From Pedobacter sp. (GTDB lineage Bacteria > Bacteroidota > Bacteroidia > Sphingobacteriales > Sphingobacteriaceae): a stretch of 64,000 nt of DNA. Made by a program: the position numbers and the translations under genes. The notes under the pieces are model-generated. The model saw only the letters and a list, made by a program, of their open reading frames with translations. It was not told the origin of the DNA and ran no database searches. Location of the stretch: positions 33,098 to 97,097 of the forward strand of contig NZ_DATHGC010000382.1 in assembly GCF_035317785.1 (NCBI RefSeq). Reading direction: 5' to 3'. Below are positions 61,306-64,000 of this stretch, in pieces; the first letter of the stretch is position 1, and each line of letters begins with the position of its first letter.

Positions 61306-62166
61306 CTTGCCCAAATAATAGCGGTTTTTACTTTGCAGGTACTTCATAAGTAAAGCGGGGTAATCCGTCTGCACCATATTCGCACCATTCATCAGTAATT
61401 CCCCATAGGCTTCCAGGTCACCAGCTGCCGCTCTTTTGTCTATCACTCCCAAAGCATTGATCCAGACACGTCCGCCATTCTTTTTTATTTTGCTGGTTAC
61501 TTCCAAAGTATTGTGGGAAGGGTCTATATGTATAGCTTCTGTTTTGGTTATAGCAAAAAGGGAATCGATGTCTGCCGCCTTGTGTGTTCTTACCAGTGTT
61601 CTTATACTGGGATTTTTCTCTTTTACCATTTTGGCATAAACAGGACGACCTAAAAAGAACATGGTATTACCTACTGTTTGGGTCCTATCAACCACTTTCA
61701 TGATTTCGGCAATTTTATTTGTTTTAATATCAAGGTCTACCAATATCTTTCCCTTGGCCAAGTTCAGCGCTTCTTCCAAGGTAGGAACCTGTTGATCTGT
61801 AAGCTGGCCATTGAATTTCAGACGCAGCCTTCTTACTTCTTCAAAAGTAAGATCAGACACTTTACCTTTACCATTTGTTGTTCTGTCTACTGAACCATCG
61901 TGCATGACCACCAAAGAATCATCTTTCGTATGGCGGACATCCAGTTCAATAATATCAATACCCAATTCGATCCCTTTTCTAAACGCTGCCATAGAATTTT
62001 CTGGAAATTCGTTATGAGTACCGCGGTGGGAGGCGATCATTACTATCTTTGAATCGGGAGACAGGAATGCCTTTTCAATCTCCTTAAAACGTGTTGTTTC
62101 CTGTGCCCAGGCTGTGGCCATAGCTGCTGTTTGCAATAATGCTACGAATAAAACTTTTTTAAACAT
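61288..62166 (-). CDS. Exported glycerophosphodiester phosphodiesterase
   Basis: Signal peptide, SHRG, PENS, ELDV..TKD..LVVMHD, DRTT and QTDYP motifs. Confidence 0.93.
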   Translation of the reverse strand: MFKKVLFVALLQTAAMATAWAQETTRFKEIEKAFLSPDSKIVMIASHRGTHNEFPENSMAAFRKGIELGIDIIELDVRHTKDDSLVVMHDGSVDRTTNGKGKVSDLTFEEVRRLRLKFNGQLTDQQVPTLEEALNLAKGKILVDLDIKTNKIAEIMKVVDRTQTVGNTMFFLGRPVYAKMVKEKNPSIRTLVRTHKAADIDSLFAITKTEAIHIDPSHNTLEVTSKIKKNGGRVWINALGVIDKRAAAGDLEAYGELLMNGANMVQTDYPALLMKYLQSKNRYYLGKKKGRI

Positions 62167-62219
62167 GCGATTGTATTTTAAAATGATAAAATGGAGGGAT
62201 CCTGTTACCTGCATTTCAG

Positions 62220-62260
62220 AAAAACAGTGTGAGTAGGGTGCAGCACCTTGCTCACACTGT
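62220..62260 (-). terminator. Intergenic stem-loop (terminator or RNA-stabilising hairpin)
   Basis: Minus strand ACAGTGTGAGCAAGGTG...CACCCTACTCACACTGT followed by a short T tract. Confidence 0.55.
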
Positions 62261-62289
62261 CCAACTAATTAATGGAGATGATGCAAAAA

Positions 62290-63999
62290 CTATTGTGGTT
62301 TCACAATTTGAAATTTGTCGATAACCTCTCCGTCGCTACTTTTCGACAGAAAATCAAGTTTATTACCGTTTATTTCAATGATCTGATACTGCCCTCCTTT
62401 AAATGAATAAGTTACGTTATATTTAGACGACGGTACTCTTTCGCTCTCATTTCCCTTCACTACCATTGATGCAACATAAACAGTCCCCTTTCCGGGTGTG
62501 TTCACTACTTCGTCGCCGAATATTGGATACGAGCGAAAATATTGGTGGATGTGCCCCGATAATACCAGATCTATACCGTACTTATCGAACAGAGGTCCCC
62601 ACCATGCACGAAGCTGCGGAGAGTAGCGGTCGTTATGATACGGCGGAAAGTGCATCATGACTATTTTCCATTTCTCGGTTGCATTTTTCATCTCCTGGTC
62701 GAGCCAGCATTTAATTTTCTCGGCATTTCCTCCGGTAACATCGATTACAATAAAACGTGCGTCTCCGTAAGTGAACGAATAATTGCGTTCGGGGATCAGG
62801 CCGCAGCCGGAATTTTGGGGCAGCCTGAAAAGTTGCGTATAGAGTTCCGGGGGAAGTCCGTCCTGGCTGTCGTGATTACCCAACACAGGCATATATGGAA
62901 CCCTTGCAAACATATCCTTACCCAGGTAAAATTGTCTGTCCCATTCATTACGGAACAAACCTGTGTTGACATGATCACCGGTATGGGTTAAGAATGCCGC
63001 ATCCGGACAGTCTTTGAGGGCCTGTTCCAAAGTAGGTTTTACGATATCGGCATTGTGGGTGTCGCCAATGTAAATAAATTTAAACGGTGTCTCTTTCTTA
63101 GCCGGAGCGGTTGTAAATGTATACATTTCGCTGCTTGTGCCTTGTTGTTTGCTGACCACTTTGTAATCATACTTCGTACCCGGGGTTAATCCGGTAAGGT
63201 TGAGGCCCCAATGATTGATCTCCATGTGATTGCTGATGTAAACGTCTTTAAGGCGAAGCGCCGTTCCGGCCGCTTCTTGTGCACCACTTTCAGAAGCACC
63301 GTGCTTCCAGTAACGGACATAGCCGTCGGTTACGGTCGTATCGGTTCGCCATTGCACTGCCTGAGTGGTGGTATTGTCACCCTCCCAGGACAACACGACT
63401 TCGTCGGGAGTCGTAGACGATGGGTGCATTGTCGGGCGAAAACTCTTCACCACGCTGGCTTCCCGGGCACGACCACGGATGGTGGTAAACAGGGTGTGTC
63501 CCTCCAATTCGTCGGGCATCTCCTTTATGGTCAGGCTAGGCCAGTCGTTATATGTATATGCGCCCTTTTTCATTTTAATAATGGGAAACTTATTAGGGTA
63601 GACATCAGTAATGTTCAACTTTGAGCCTTTCTCTACAGGCCCGATCGTAACAAAATAGACTACTCTATCGAGGTCGAAGCCATTGATTCCCAGGTTTATT
63701 TTCCCTGCCGGAAATTGTTTTTGCCACACATCATAGTCGAAACTACCATTACTAACGGTTTTTCCTGTGTTTCTAAAACCACTTTCTTCCAGCCAAAATG
63801 GGACTGTTTTCTGCCCTTTGAACCGCATTACCGATACGATTGCAGGCTTATCGACAGTGAATAGCCAACCATTATTGGCAAAAACATGCCTTTCTTCCTT
63901 TGTGATAAAGTTCATCACAAACTTATCGTCCAAACTATCAAAACGTTCATTGGGCTCCTGTTTGATGAGACGCTTCAATACTTGGTCTCTTACTTCGGT
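62290..63999 (-). CDS. Purple acid phosphatase-like metallophosphoesterase with FN3 domain, 5'-truncated by the window end
   Basis: Metal ligands GDTH, GDHVN, GNHD, HFPPY and GHIH; FN3-like LTGLTPGTKYDY. Frame is open to the window edge. Confidence 0.9.
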   Translation of the reverse strand, partial: TEVRDQVLKRLIKQEPNERFDSLDDKFVMNFITKEERHVFANNGWLFTVDKPAIVSVMRFKGQKTVPFWLEESGFRNTGKTVSNGSFDYDVWQKQFPAGKINLGINGFDLDRVVYFVTIGPVEKGSKLNITDVYPNKFPIIKMKKGAYTYNDWPSLTIKEMPDELEGHTLFTTIRGRAREASVVKSFRPTMHPSSTTPDEVVLSWEGDNTTTQAVQWRTDTTVTDGYVRYWKHGASESGAQEAAGTALRLKDVYISNHMEINHWGLNLTGLTPGTKYDYKVVSKQQGTSSEMYTFTTAPAKKETPFKFIYIGDTHNADIVKPTLEQALKDCPDAAFLTHTGDHVNTGLFRNEWDRQFYLGKDMFARVPYMPVLGNHDSQDGLPPELYTQLFRLPQNSGCGLIPERNYSFTYGDARFIVIDVTGGNAEKIKCWLDQEMKNATEKWKIVMMHFPPYHNDRYSPQLRAWWGPLFDKYGIDLVLSGHIHQYFRSYPIFGDEVVNTPGKGTVYVASMVVKGNESERVPSSKYNVTYSFKGGQYQIIEINGNKLDFLSKSSDGEVIDKFQIVKPQ

Positions 64000-64000
64000 A

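Overview
This is a Bacteroidota chromosome segment, most consistent with Sphingobacteriaceae/Pedobacter (TAnnTTTG promoters, SusC/D, T9SS cargo plus PorP, tmRNA tag GENNYALAA). It is mostly housekeeping: lysS, ung, mntR-mntH, smpB, pcm, priA, rpmH-rnpA-yidD-tsaB, mscL, rpoN, katG, a shikimate/aromatic operon, tRNA(CAU) and tmRNA. An accessory block at about 23-46 kb carries a T9SS adhesin/PorP pair, a signalling locus and an ECF-sigma/FecR/SusCD GH20 PUL. The strongest candidate for an undescribed system is the operon at 28314-34989. It encodes a ThiF-nitroreductase fusion (Rv1355c/OxzB-like), a putative N-acyl-amino-acid-synthase-like GNAT protein, a 7TM-DISM sensor kinase, a REC-kinase and a REC protein, with a divergent paralogous REC gene heading the adhesin operon. 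This resembles a make-and-sense (quorum-sensing-like) circuit built on an acyl-amino-acid/oxazolone signal. Other highlights are an unannotated Tyr/Phe/Trp-rich leader-peptide attenuator upstream of pheA-DAHPS/CM-aroA-aroC, a DonS-like antisense sRNA candidate at the susC start, and a structured leader plus 11-bp phased repeats around a degenerate NTase-HEPN gene. All family assignments come from motif recognition by eye; no database searches were run.
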